64,000 nucleotides of DNA, taken from positions 9,015 through 73,014 of IMG/VR virus record IMGVR_UViG_3300037846_000091; one strand, 5' to 3'. The first letter of the stretch is position 1, and each line of letters starts with the position of its first letter. Shown here one piece after another: positions 54,579 through 64,000 of this stretch. Made by a program: the position numbers and the translations under genes. The notes under the pieces are model-generated. The model did no database searches. It was given only the letters and a program-made list of their open reading frames with translations, and was not told where the DNA came from. The stretch is from a virus (taxonomy: Duplodnaviria > Caudoviricetes).

Positions 54579-55485
54579 GAAAGCTAGAGCGGCAGCGGCC
54601 AAGCTGGCGGCGAACGTGAAGGCCCGCGGCGAGAAGCAGCGCCGCATGATGGCCGGCGAGAAGGCGCCTGCACGTGCCGCGGGATTGCCGGCCAGCCCGA
54701 GCCAGCTGGCGAAGCGTGAGAACATCAAGGCTGCGGCGGCCGAGAACCGGGAAAAGCGCCTGGTGCTCGACAAGGGCTACACCCGCGAAGAAGCCAGGGC
54801 GATCATCGCCAAGCAGGACGCCGACAACGCCAGCCCCTCGCAGAAGCCGGTCACAACGATGGACGCCCGGCCTGACTCTCCAAAGCCGCCAGCGACACCA
54901 CCGGCATTGCCGTCAAGCACTGTGGCGGCAAGGCCACAAAGCAAGCAATCCCTGGTGGAGGCTGACAAGGCTTCGGTGCAGAAGTCGAACGAGCTACCCA
55001 AGAGCCCCGGCGCCGCGCGCAAGACGCAGGTAGCCCCAGCAGCCTCGCCGGCGCCCGAGAGGTCCGAACCCAAGCCCCTGCCGGCCAGTCCAGGGGAGAT
55101 ACGCCAGCCGGCGCCGGCACCAACCCCGGAGCCAGAGCAGCCGAAGATATTGCAGGCGAAGCCGCCGGAAGCAGAGCCGCCCAAGCCGGCAGCGCCGGAA
55201 GCCCTGCCGCCTGTGAAGAGCCCGGAGGCCCCAGCGGCGAAAGCGACGGCCCAAGAGTCGCCAGCCCCACTGCCGACGCGCCAGGCGCCGGCACAGGCAA
55301 CGCCGCTGCCGGGTGGTGGGGGGGGTGGCGCTCCAACGGGCGGTTCCTCTGGCGGCGGGTCAACCTCCGGCGTGGGTGGCGGCAGCATGGCCGACGTGGT
55401 CAAGCTGCTCAAGCTGCTCAAGCTGATCCTTGCGGCGCTGGGCAAGGGAGCGCAGCCGATCAAACTACCGAGCCTGAGAGGGTGA
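54568..55485 (+). CDS. Pro/Ala/Lys-rich low-complexity protein at the tape-measure locus
   Basis: GGAGG RBS; follows the G/GT pair; amphipathic C-terminus VVKLLKLLKLILAAL. Confidence 0.7.
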   Translation: MDRKKARAAAAKLAANVKARGEKQRRMMAGEKAPARAAGLPASPSQLAKRENIKAAAAENREKRLVLDKGYTREEARAIIAKQDADNASPSQKPVTTMDARPDSPKPPATPPALPSSTVAARPQSKQSLVEADKASVQKSNELPKSPGAARKTQVAPAASPAPERSEPKPLPASPGEIRQPAPAPTPEPEQPKILQAKPPEAEPPKPAAPEALPPVKSPEAPAAKATAQESPAPLPTRQAPAQATPLPGGGGGGAPTGGSSGGGSTSGVGGGSMADVVKLLKLLKLILAALGKGAQPIKLPSLRG

Positions 55486-55489
55486 GACG

Positions 55490-57256
55490 ATGCCGAACCC
55501 CGCGACCGTTTACACGCTGACGTACCAGGACACCCCAGATCGGGGCACCATCAACTTCAACCCTTTCATGTTCACGCCGCCGCAGGCCGTGGGTGTGGTC
55601 GGGCTGGTCAATCAGGCCGTGCAATTGGCTCAGGACATCGCCGCGGCGACAGCCATCATGGAGGCGGTTCCTCAAGGCGCGGCGCCGCAGGCCGGTAAGG
55701 TCGTGCTCGACATAAACCACAGCACGCACGATAGGAAAGTGGTCTATTCGACAAGCAACCAATACTGCTATACCGATTACACGATCTACGTCGATGCGGT
55801 GCTGAACAAGACTCGCAACAGTTACTTTCTGAACCTCGCACGGCTCCTACAGGTGGACGGCAAGACTCCAGCCGAGATCGACGCTTCGCTGCGACACTTC
55901 CTGCTCCAGCCCCGCAAGCAACTTACTATCCAGCTTGGGCAGGACATCATTTTGCAAGTGCCATTTGGCCGGCTGGCCCCGGTCAACACCGATTGCGAGC
56001 TTGGACCTACCCCCATCGACTGTGAGGTGTCGCAGATCACCGGCAGCGACGGCGGGACGTGGGAGGTGCGATACATCATCAACGTGAAGCTGAACGAAAC
56101 TTTTGAGTACATCCAGGGGACGCTCACGGGCAAGGTGCCGTTTCTTTTGAGCAACGAGTGGGTGACGACGGAAAACACGGACGAGAACCTTTACACCCAC
56201 CGCACGACCACGGGCCGCGCGAAGTTCCGCCGCGACTGGATGGCCGCCAACACGGTGCCTGACGATTACCGATTTTCGATCTTGCCGTACCCCGTCCCCA
56301 ACTGGAAACGCAAAGTGCGGGCGACCAACAATGAGGACGGCACCGAGCTTGACTACGTCGTTGACGATGTGCAACTTCCCTACGTCCTGACGCGGCTTGG
56401 CATCACCAGCATCGACACGAAGCACACGTCGTCCGCCAAGATGCCGGACCTGGTTGCATACATGGGTTTCGGGGGTGTGACGGATAGCTTCAATCGCTAC
56501 CGGGCGGCGGCGCAATCACAGGCGGCCGCGGGAGGTCGCGGGCCAGTAACGGCTACCGGCTCTGGTGTTGGTGTTGCGGCAGCTGCGGCGCTTGCTGTTA
56601 TCCGTCCTGCTGCTGCTGTCGCTCAGCTAGCTGGAGGGCCAGCTTCCGATGCAGCGAGACAGGTTATTGCGGGGGCAGCCGCAATCATTGCTCTGCGCAG
56701 CACGGAAATCGTCATCACGGTAAACGGCGCGCCGGGAACAAGCAAGGACACGCTTCGGGCTGTCGCGCAGCTAGTCTTGCAAGCTCGCCTGGGTCGCAAC
56801 CTTGTGCCTGCCAACGCCCCAGGACCTTTCGGGCTTCCTCAGACGGTCGGGCAAAACCTTGGCATGTGTGTAGAAGCAACTGAGACGGATTACGGGTCTG
56901 ACACACAAGTGCTGCTAACGGCCCGTTTCATTGGTGGCCTTGCATCGCAGGTGCGACAGATAGTTGCCCAACTTCAGGGAGCAGCGGCCGGAAACGCAAT
57001 TCAGTTTGTTCCCGACATCGGCGAGATTCTGGCCGCTTCCGACGCGGTTCCTGGCGTCATGCAGCCGACGCCAACCGTGTTGGGAGGCTCGCCGAACGAT
57101 CAGATTGTCATGCAGCCGCCGGGCGGGCGCGGGATTGCCACGCCTATCGTCATGCCGCAGTTGCCGAGTTTCCCTCAAGAGGCGCCCTTCGCGCCGTTCC
57201 CGCCGCGTGGGCCGCTGCCGCCGGGACAGATTCGCAACCCCAACCTGGGAGGGTAA
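55490..57256 (+). CDS. Tail-associated hypothetical protein
   Basis: 588 aa with a hydrophobic Ala-rich central segment. Confidence 0.7.
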   Translation: MPNPATVYTLTYQDTPDRGTINFNPFMFTPPQAVGVVGLVNQAVQLAQDIAAATAIMEAVPQGAAPQAGKVVLDINHSTHDRKVVYSTSNQYCYTDYTIYVDAVLNKTRNSYFLNLARLLQVDGKTPAEIDASLRHFLLQPRKQLTIQLGQDIILQVPFGRLAPVNTDCELGPTPIDCEVSQITGSDGGTWEVRYIINVKLNETFEYIQGTLTGKVPFLLSNEWVTTENTDENLYTHRTTTGRAKFRRDWMAANTVPDDYRFSILPYPVPNWKRKVRATNNEDGTELDYVVDDVQLPYVLTRLGITSIDTKHTSSAKMPDLVAYMGFGGVTDSFNRYRAAAQSQAAAGGRGPVTATGSGVGVAAAAALAVIRPAAAVAQLAGGPASDAARQVIAGAAAIIALRSTEIVITVNGAPGTSKDTLRAVAQLVLQARLGRNLVPANAPGPFGLPQTVGQNLGMCVEATETDYGSDTQVLLTARFIGGLASQVRQIVAQLQGAAAGNAIQFVPDIGEILAASDAVPGVMQPTPTVLGGSPNDQIVMQPPGGRGIATPIVMPQLPSFPQEAPFAPFPPRGPLPPGQIRNPNLGG

Positions 57257-57260
57257 TCCA

Positions 57261-57785
57261 GTGGCCCAAGCTCTCTTCAATGGTCAGCCGATCCAGCTGC
57301 CGAACATACCGGGCGTTGACCCTGCGTTGCTTCAGAACCTCATCTCTCAGGCAGAGGCTGCCGCGCCGGATGTGGTTTACGAATACACTACGGATTACTA
57401 CGACGACGCCGGCCTGGTGCAGTTGGTGCCGGCCGCGGTAGATGGGACGCCTTGCCGAATTGCGAAGCTGAAATGTCAGTCCGGTCGGGTCGATGTGGCC
57501 TGGTCAATCATGCGATTCAAGCTAATGCCGCCGATCCCACCGCCGATCCCACCGAACCCATCAAACGAGGTTTACCTGTTTCGCAGGGTGTCCCCAATGA
57601 TGATTCTTCCGGGGGCGGACGGGGTAACGCCCATCTATCGAATCAGCGGCATTTACACTTTCGCGTGTCTCAAGCCGCATGACCCCACGCAAATTCAGGG
57701 GGGCTCGCCGCCGTTCACCACAATGCCAGCCAGGCAGAACGTCTACAACATCAACGCCAGCACGAGCAAGACGGGGGTATACTAG
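57261..57785 (+). CDS. Tail-associated hypothetical protein
   Basis: GGAGGG RBS, GTG 57261. Confidence 0.65.
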   Translation: MAQALFNGQPIQLPNIPGVDPALLQNLISQAEAAAPDVVYEYTTDYYDDAGLVQLVPAAVDGTPCRIAKLKCQSGRVDVAWSIMRFKLMPPIPPPIPPNPSNEVYLFRRVSPMMILPGADGVTPIYRISGIYTFACLKPHDPTQIQGGSPPFTTMPARQNVYNINASTSKTGVY

Positions 57786-58111
57786 CGCTTGGGTCGCTTG
57801 AAAAGAGCAACAGGACCAGTGCCGAATCCCGGCATAGTAAAGCCCGAATACTCCCAACTGTTCGCATTGATTTCTTTCAGTGAGCCGGAGCCATTGAAAG
57901 CCTCTAGGCCGATGACCACTTGCGGATCTCCGGGTTTGATGGCAGCAGCCGGAAACTCAAAGAACCGATGCTCCCACCCCTTGCCCGCCCCCGGCGCCTG
58001 CGCCTGCGCCTGCACCTGCACGGCCGGTCGCTCGCCCTGGCCGCAGCCTGCGAACGACCCGAGCACGAACCCGACGCACAGGGCGAGCACGACAGCGGTG
58101 TAGCGGGACAT
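57782..58111 (-). CDS. Opposite-strand lipoprotein (DUF4177-like C-terminus)
   Basis: Signal peptide MSRYTAVVLALCVGFVLGS, lipobox FAGC, WEY..LFKRP; GGAGG RBS. Confidence 0.75.
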   Translation of the reverse strand: MSRYTAVVLALCVGFVLGSFAGCGQGERPAVQVQAQAQAPGAGKGWEHRFFEFPAAAIKPGDPQVVIGLEAFNGSGSLKEINANSWEYSGFTMPGFGTGPVALFKRPKR

Positions 58112-58242
58112 GGCAGCCTCCAGGGTTAGGGGCGACCCCGCCATCGTCCCAGCTGCCGCGCTGCCGTGCAAGCTGACGGGCGTACACCGCGCTACCGGGG
58201 TGGAAATTTCGGCTGCGGCGCAATCCACATCAGACGCCCGGT

Positions 58243-59874
58243 TTGACCCAGGACACCTCCTTTAGGCATGCTTTTGGTTGCTTCTGGAGCAGCCATAAGA
58301 GGAGGTGCGCCATTACGATAGAATTAACTACCTCGCCGGGAGGAATTTATAGAAAATTGGGGCTGATGATCGGCGCGATGAACGATCAGAACTCCCTGTC
58401 CGGCGGCACGGCCACCACGCCCGTTACGTCGTCGGCCAGCATGATAACCCGCAACGCCAACCTGCAGGTCCAGCTGGCGGTAAGCGGCGGGCCCGGGCAG
58501 TACGAAATCGCCTCGCAAATCCCCGGGCTGTACGGCGACACGCAGGGCAATGGGGCGGTGCAGACGGCCATCAGCGGCCTACTCCAATCGCAGGCGAACG
58601 TCGCCCAGCAGATGATAGTGGATGTCGCCAACAAGGATGCGTCGGCCAGCAACCTCGCTTCGATCACCACCGTTCCCCAGGCTGTCGGCTATCTGATAAC
58701 GCAGATGAACAACTCCAGCGACAGCGTCAACGCCTCGGCGCCGTCGATTGGAGCGCAGACCGCCGTCATCGGCATAACCCCGACTGGAAACGGAATCGCC
58801 GTCGTCACGGCCAAGGCCGGCAATGGCTACCTTCAGGAGTACCTTGAGCCGGATACCCTGACCTTCCAATGCACGACGGACAGCTTCACGGGAGGGGCAA
58901 CGGCCGGGTCTGAACAGATCACCGTGACCGGCCTTCCTGCCTCCCCGAGCCCCACCGATTACCGACGATTCTTGGGGACGTACTACGGGCAGGGCATGGC
59001 CTCCACCACGCTGCAGGCGGTGGACGGCACTATCAGCAACAGCGCGGGCGGCCTGAACGTCCTCCAAAACAGTGATTTCTTCATCGCAACCAATACCAAC
59101 GTGCCGGACAACTGGATTGTGAGCGCCGGCAACGTCGGCACGCAGATTCTCCAGGGCACGGGTGGGGCCAACAGCAGCAGCTACACCGGCAGCGGCAACT
59201 ACGGGTACAACGGCGGCTATCTCGAATTCGCGGGGGACGGCTCCACCACCACCACGATCTATCAGGCTTTCAACACCACGCCGAGCGCCACGCTGGGCGC
59301 GGGAGGCACGGCGTACAACATCTCGGGTTTCCCCGACGTGCCGCACGCGGTCAATTTCTGGCTCAAGATGAGCAGCAACGCGACCGCCGCTGGTGTGCTG
59401 CAGGTAGCCCTGACAAACAGTGGCGGCACGGTCATCACCGACGATCAGAGCAACAACAACTCGTTCACGGTGACCCTGAGCGGCATCGTGGACACCAACT
59501 GGCACAACTACAACGGCGTGTTCCGCCTGCCCAAGAATCCGCCCGCCGTGGTGTGGCTGCAGCTCAAACTGACGACGGCCCTGACCAACGCCAAGAACGC
59601 ATTCCTTGGCCGCATGGCGATGACGCCGATGACACCCTGCCTTGGCGGCAGCACGCCCTACTACAACGGCGGCTCGTTGATGAGCTTCTTCAGCGGCAAC
59701 AACAAGATGAATGCCACGGGCGGCCCGCTCATCGCCGACGCATGGACCGTTGGCATCACGAACACGCTGGGTAAGTTCCAACAGGGATTCGAGCAGTTCT
59801 TCTCCATGAAGGCCAATAACCTGCACGTCCCGTCATCGGGGTCCAGTACCATCAGCGATGCCCTCGTTGCGTAG
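58243..59874 (+). CDS. Virion protein with carbohydrate-binding-like domain; true start uncertain (58312 ATT or 58368 ATG)
   Basis: Thr/Asn/Gly-rich; NVLQNSDF..PDNW pattern. Confidence 0.7.
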   Translation: MTQDTSFRHAFGCFWSSHKRRCAITIELTTSPGGIYRKLGLMIGAMNDQNSLSGGTATTPVTSSASMITRNANLQVQLAVSGGPGQYEIASQIPGLYGDTQGNGAVQTAISGLLQSQANVAQQMIVDVANKDASASNLASITTVPQAVGYLITQMNNSSDSVNASAPSIGAQTAVIGITPTGNGIAVVTAKAGNGYLQEYLEPDTLTFQCTTDSFTGGATAGSEQITVTGLPASPSPTDYRRFLGTYYGQGMASTTLQAVDGTISNSAGGLNVLQNSDFFIATNTNVPDNWIVSAGNVGTQILQGTGGANSSSYTGSGNYGYNGGYLEFAGDGSTTTTIYQAFNTTPSATLGAGGTAYNISGFPDVPHAVNFWLKMSSNATAAGVLQVALTNSGGTVITDDQSNNNSFTVTLSGIVDTNWHNYNGVFRLPKNPPAVVWLQLKLTTALTNAKNAFLGRMAMTPMTPCLGGSTPYYNGGSLMSFFSGNNKMNATGGPLIADAWTVGITNTLGKFQQGFEQFFSMKANNLHVPSSGSSTISDALVA

Positions 59875-59884
59875 GAGTCTCCCC

Positions 59885-60112
59885 ATGCCTCTCGTTCAAG
59901 GCGTCGAATTGGGCGCCGTCTACCGCGGCAGCGGCGAGGAAGCCTACCACGCCGCCCATCTGTGCGAGCCGCTAGCCAGCGGTCCAGCCGGTCCAACCGT
60001 GGTGGCCTGTCATCATCTCGCCTCGGGCAAGTGGTACTACCTGCCCCTGGCCGACTTCCTCGCTCAGATGCGGCACGGCAGCCAGCCCGCTCCGGTGGCT
60101 GCGGAGGGCTAA
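59885..60112 (+). CDS. Hypothetical protein
   Basis: AGGAG RBS. Confidence 0.6.
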   Translation: MPLVQGVELGAVYRGSGEEAYHAAHLCEPLASGPAGPTVVACHHLASGKWYYLPLADFLAQMRHGSQPAPVAAEG

Positions 60113-60116
60113 GCGC

Positions 60117-60638
60117 GTGCCCATCAACAAGCGCTCCAGCTTGAACACGATCCTGGCGGCCCTGGCGAACCGGCTCAACACCTGGCCGACGACGAAAATC
60201 CCGCTGAACCGCATCAAGGTTGTCTCGCGTGACCCAGCGCGAACGCCCATGTTCGACGGCGACAACGACGTGCTACTCAGAGCCCACGGCTTCCGGGCTG
60301 ACCCCGACATGCGTGATCGACAGGACTTCCGCATCTACCGGCAGCTGGACGTGGTTTTCCGCGTGCGCGATGAACGCGACGAAACAGGCGTCGATTTCCT
60401 CTGGCTCACGGACCCCAACACCGGCGCCGCGGCCAACGAAGATGACCTGATGGACGCGCTGCAAAACTTCTGGGCTCAGGACGCCTCGCTCAACAACGTG
60501 CTGTTTGCGCCGCCGTGGATCACAGGGGGCAGCGACTACACCCGCGCCAGCAGCAAGGGCGCGAAGATGAGCTGGGGCGAAGTTACCATCACAATGACGC
60601 TGCCAATCACTCCCCCGTTGACCCAGACGTACACGTAG
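60117..60638 (+). CDS. Tail completion / neck-like hypothetical protein
   Basis: GGAGGG RBS; ILAALANRL start; position. Confidence 0.55.
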   Translation: MPINKRSSLNTILAALANRLNTWPTTKIPLNRIKVVSRDPARTPMFDGDNDVLLRAHGFRADPDMRDRQDFRIYRQLDVVFRVRDERDETGVDFLWLTDPNTGAAANEDDLMDALQNFWAQDASLNNVLFAPPWITGGSDYTRASSKGAKMSWGEVTITMTLPITPPLTQTYT

Positions 60639-60648
60639 GAGGTCGCTC

Positions 60649-63156
60649 TTGATCTCCTACGGCGGCATCCCCCTCGATGAACCCGAGCCCGGCATATCCG
60701 CGTGGGTAGAGCAGCAGCTTGCCCTGAGCGAGATACCGGAATGGTCCGTCCCGACCTGGCCCGGCCCGCGCCGCCTGCTCTGGGCGGCGACGAACCCAAA
60801 CCAGCCGCCGCCAATAAAATTAGGTCGTCTTTTCTGGCCGCGGGATGCAAGCCGCTGGGCATCGTTCTACTGCCTGGTCACCGACTACCAGCTGGCGAGC
60901 ATCCGCAAGCAGGCTTACCCCGTCAGCAACGCCAACCAGTACGTTAGCCTGCCCCTGGTCATCAGCGAGGGCAACACCACCTATCAGGTCAGCACAAACC
61001 TGTGGATGCTGCCGCCGCGGCCGTTGGCGCAGATCGTCACTCCGGCCTCTCAAAACCTGGACCAGCTGTACCTCATCTGCCTTGTGGATGATCGCTTTTT
61101 CTGGTGGGAGAAGGCCGCGGCCATCGCCATCTCGGGCGGGGTGACGACGTGGGCAACTCTGTTCGCGGCCATCGCCACGGGTCTGGGCATCACCCTGACG
61201 ACGGACACGATCAGCGCGAACTACGTTTACCCGTCCACGGACCTCGTCAGCAACTACGAATACCTACCGCCGCTGCTCGATGCGTGCTGCGCCAGCGTGG
61301 GGCACAGGCTGGTGCGCTCCCTGGCTGGCGTTGTAACGACCCAGCAGGCGACCACGGCCGCGACGAAGCAGGCGGCGCAGGTCGCGAAGTGGGCCAAGCA
61401 GGCGGGCGGGACGTACCTGTACGACGTGAAGAATCCGCCCCTGGCACCGGCGGGGACGTTCCCGAACAAATACACCTTGCCGGACCTGCCCGGACTGGTG
61501 CCAGCGTCGGTGACCGTGGCTTTCCCAGCGGCGACGAACGGGGTCGCAACCGGCCTGGACTATGCCGCGACGGTGACGCTCGCCTCGCTCAGCCTGAGCC
61601 AATTCGCGGCCTACCTGCAGAACTCGGCCATCGTCGGCCACAACAGCACACACCTGGTTCATTCATCGGCCGTCGCCAATACCACGGCGGGCCCCGGCCT
61701 GGCGAACGCGACGGAGATAACGAACCTCGCCACGCAGATAACAACCGATTACTACCTCTGGCGCCTGAGCAAGCTGGATCAGGCTTTCATGGGCATGGTT
61801 CCCTACGTCCCCGAGGGCCTGGCGGACTTCGTGGAATGGCTGCACCGCGACGGCGAGGGCCAGTTGCGGACGCACGTCCACGCAGGCCAGCGCGAGGACT
61901 GGACCGACTCGCTCAACCATTGGGGAACCTACGCGGCTGGAGGCCAGACGTTCAGCGGGCCGGTCTACTTCGGCGGCAACGTCACCTATGGTAGCAATTC
62001 AACGGTAACGACCGTTGCGGGATCGGTAGTAAACTTCGGCGGGTCCGTTACCTTTGGCGGCGCGATTTATTACACCGAGACGGCCGTCACCATCTCGGGC
62101 AACACGAACAACTATGCCATCGGCTCGACCGTCAACTACATCGACGCCAGCATGTCGGGCAGCAGCTACAACCTGACCGGCATTGCCAAGCCGTCGCCTG
62201 GTGCTTCCAAAATCGTTTACATCACCAACACCGACGCGACCGGCTCGCTGACGCTGAAGCAAAACAGTGGCAGTAGCACAGCCGGCAATCGCTTCCTGAC
62301 CCCGAGCGGGTCGGACGTGGTCCTGGCTCCCGGCCAGACGGCGCAGCTCGTTTACAGCACGGCGGAAGCCGCCTGGCTGGTGTTACCCGTGGGTGTGCCG
62401 GCCAGTGGCGGCACGGGCACCGTGACCAGCATCACGGCTGGGACGGGATTGACCGGCGGCACGATAACCACCACCGGCACGATTGCCCTATCCACGCCTG
62501 TGATCGTCGCCAACGGCGGCACCGGCCTGGCAACGCTGACGGCTCACGCATTTGTGATTGGAGAAGGCACAAGCAATGTCGCGCTCTGCGTGCCGGGCGC
62601 TGCCGGCCAGATGGCCCTGAGTCAGGGGGCGTCGGCCGATCCGGCCTTTGTGACGATGCAGAAGGACGGCACGCTGGACGGTAGCGGCAACCTGACCGTG
62701 ACCGGCATCAACGGCAACACCATCACCAGCCCCGTCACCTTCACCATCGGGGCTACCCTCACCCTGACGGCCGTGCCGACGTGGTACAAGCTGGTCGTCA
62801 CCCCATCCACGTTCAGCGCCGCTTCCACCACGAATACGGTCGCAGCCTTCGTCGCGCCGGCGGGGACGTGTGTGCTGGCAGAGAAGATCACTAACCAGAT
62901 GTCTGGCGGTGCCAACTTCACCGGCACCGGTGTCACGAGCTATTCCATCGGCATCGGCATCACGGGCAACAACACGAAGTACATCGCCAACGTGAACGTC
63001 CACACAAACGTATCTGCCAGCCCAGGTATCGTCAGCTTCGAGTCCGACACGGGGACAGTCACGTTCAACATGACCGCGACGTGCAACGTGAACCTTAATT
63101 TCGCGGCGGCTGCTGGTGAGGCCGAATGCCTCTGGCTTCTATCGCTCGCGCAGTGA
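60649..63156 (+). CDS. Baseplate / tail fibre-like protein
   Basis: AGGAGG RBS; C-terminal half Thr/Gly-rich with GTVTSITAGTGLTGGTITTTGTI fibre motif. Confidence 0.7.
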   Translation: MISYGGIPLDEPEPGISAWVEQQLALSEIPEWSVPTWPGPRRLLWAATNPNQPPPIKLGRLFWPRDASRWASFYCLVTDYQLASIRKQAYPVSNANQYVSLPLVISEGNTTYQVSTNLWMLPPRPLAQIVTPASQNLDQLYLICLVDDRFFWWEKAAAIAISGGVTTWATLFAAIATGLGITLTTDTISANYVYPSTDLVSNYEYLPPLLDACCASVGHRLVRSLAGVVTTQQATTAATKQAAQVAKWAKQAGGTYLYDVKNPPLAPAGTFPNKYTLPDLPGLVPASVTVAFPAATNGVATGLDYAATVTLASLSLSQFAAYLQNSAIVGHNSTHLVHSSAVANTTAGPGLANATEITNLATQITTDYYLWRLSKLDQAFMGMVPYVPEGLADFVEWLHRDGEGQLRTHVHAGQREDWTDSLNHWGTYAAGGQTFSGPVYFGGNVTYGSNSTVTTVAGSVVNFGGSVTFGGAIYYTETAVTISGNTNNYAIGSTVNYIDASMSGSSYNLTGIAKPSPGASKIVYITNTDATGSLTLKQNSGSSTAGNRFLTPSGSDVVLAPGQTAQLVYSTAEAAWLVLPVGVPASGGTGTVTSITAGTGLTGGTITTTGTIALSTPVIVANGGTGLATLTAHAFVIGEGTSNVALCVPGAAGQMALSQGASADPAFVTMQKDGTLDGSGNLTVTGINGNTITSPVTFTIGATLTLTAVPTWYKLVVTPSTFSAASTTNTVAAFVAPAGTCVLAEKITNQMSGGANFTGTGVTSYSIGIGITGNNTKYIANVNVHTNVSASPGIVSFESDTGTVTFNMTATCNVNLNFAAAAGEAECLWLLSLAQ

Positions 63157-63163
63157 GGCTCGC

Positions 63164-63370
63164 ATGGGCAAGAAGCAACGCAAGGGCCGGCTAGTGACGC
63201 TCTACGGTGGCCCCCTCGATGGCTGGGTCGAGGAAGTTAGCCCCGCCGATGCCACGGTGCTAACGTCGCCGGCTAACGTGGAGTGTACGGCTAGATACGA
63301 ACACTGGTGGTGTGAAAGAATTCCTGGCTCAGGTGTTTTTCACTACGAAGGAATCCGCGTTGCAAAATAA
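63164..63370 (+). CDS. Hypothetical protein
   Basis: GGPLDG motif; GAGG RBS. Confidence 0.6.
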   Translation: MGKKQRKGRLVTLYGGPLDGWVEEVSPADATVLTSPANVECTARYEHWWCERIPGSGVFHYEGIRVAK

Positions 63371-63599
63371 CTGCGGAGTTTGTCATCGGCGCACGAAGTA
63401 ATACATAATAGGCTTCGTTGTGGGCTGGCGGCAGGGACACGAGTCTTGGCGGCTGGCAGGCGACGGCACTCCTTTAAGCCATCTCCACCACAGCATACCC
63501 GTGATTCAATAAAAGACCCCAGCGGACGCTGTCACGTCCCTGGGGACCGGCACTCGCCGCACGGGGGAATCCCCTCCCCCTGCGTGCGAGGCGCATACA

Positions 63600-64000
63600 G
63601 TGTACACTCGCAAATCCGGTTCCGCTATCCCATCCCAGAGCGATTCCGCCCTTTCGTCGGGTCACGGCGCGGGGGGTTGTCCGCCGCCGCCTCCACACAT
63701 CGACTATGAGGACGAAGAGGACGACCCGCTCACGGACATTCTTGCCGACGACGCGGAGGATGGCGGCGACCTGGAGGAGCGGCTCGACTCTCCCGACCCC
63801 GATACATGGTCAGCAGCCTGGCAAGAGGTCGCCGCCTCGCTGACAGAGATGGACCCCGTCGCCTATCCCGAGTTAAGTCTGCCAGCCAGACCGACGCAAT
63901 TTCCGGGCGGCAGCGCGGCCAAGCGACAGCTCTGCCGCGAGCGCCTGGCCAACGGCCTAACACCTTGCCACCCGCAAGACTCCCCACCCCACCCTACCGA
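63600..64000 (+). CDS. 3'-partial hypothetical protein
   Basis: Open frame from GTG 63600 to the window end: acidic tract, then PTQFPGGSAAK..ERLANG..CHPQD. Confidence 0.5.
   Translation, partial: MYTRKSGSAIPSQSDSALSSGHGAGGCPPPPPHIDYEDEEDDPLTDILADDAEDGGDLEERLDSPDPDTWSAAWQEVAASLTEMDPVAYPELSLPARPTQFPGGSAAKRQLCRERLANGLTPCHPQDSPPHPT

Noticed and set aside
55398-55426. CAAGCTGCT tandem repeat as a phase-variable tract
   Set aside because: The 9-bp unit preserves frame and encodes an amphipathic KLL helix.

Overview
The whole window reads as one GC-rich temperate tailed-phage genome. The host is probably a planctomycete, inferred from integrase, transposase and regulator family resemblance only. 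Almost all genes are on the + strand. Gene order: partial S53 peptidase and membrane microproteins (1-3.3 kb); RHH regulator; a 3,852-bp cargo transposon (4025-7876, perfect 17-bp TIRs, 9-bp TSD) that splits a phage gene and carries a truncated restriction-modification gene fused by deletion to a 5'-truncated DDE transposase; an attP-like site (promoter + 5' half of tRNA-Lys(CUU) + inverted arm repeats) beside a tyrosine integrase and Xis; a divergent switch with a tandem-RHH protein; ~40 small early genes including CsrA, a LexA-type DNA-binding domain, Arc-like and XRE regulators; replication (initiator, RNase H, AEP primase-DnaB fusion), HNH, adenine MTase and PD-(D/E)XK nuclease; terminase; a 1,653-aa portal with a repeat-punctuated extension; beta-helix spike, glycosyltransferase and radical SAM genes; protease/scaffold, capsid and tail genes with a -1 frameshift chaperone. 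The most notable unannotated structures are a covarying two-hairpin element in three late-gene leaders, a twin structured leader in the early region, and a recurrent [VL]-x-R-[YH] motif suggesting the giant portal is a processed polyprotein. Protein family calls come from motif recognition by eye, not database searches. No CRISPR array, rRNA or complete tRNA was seen.
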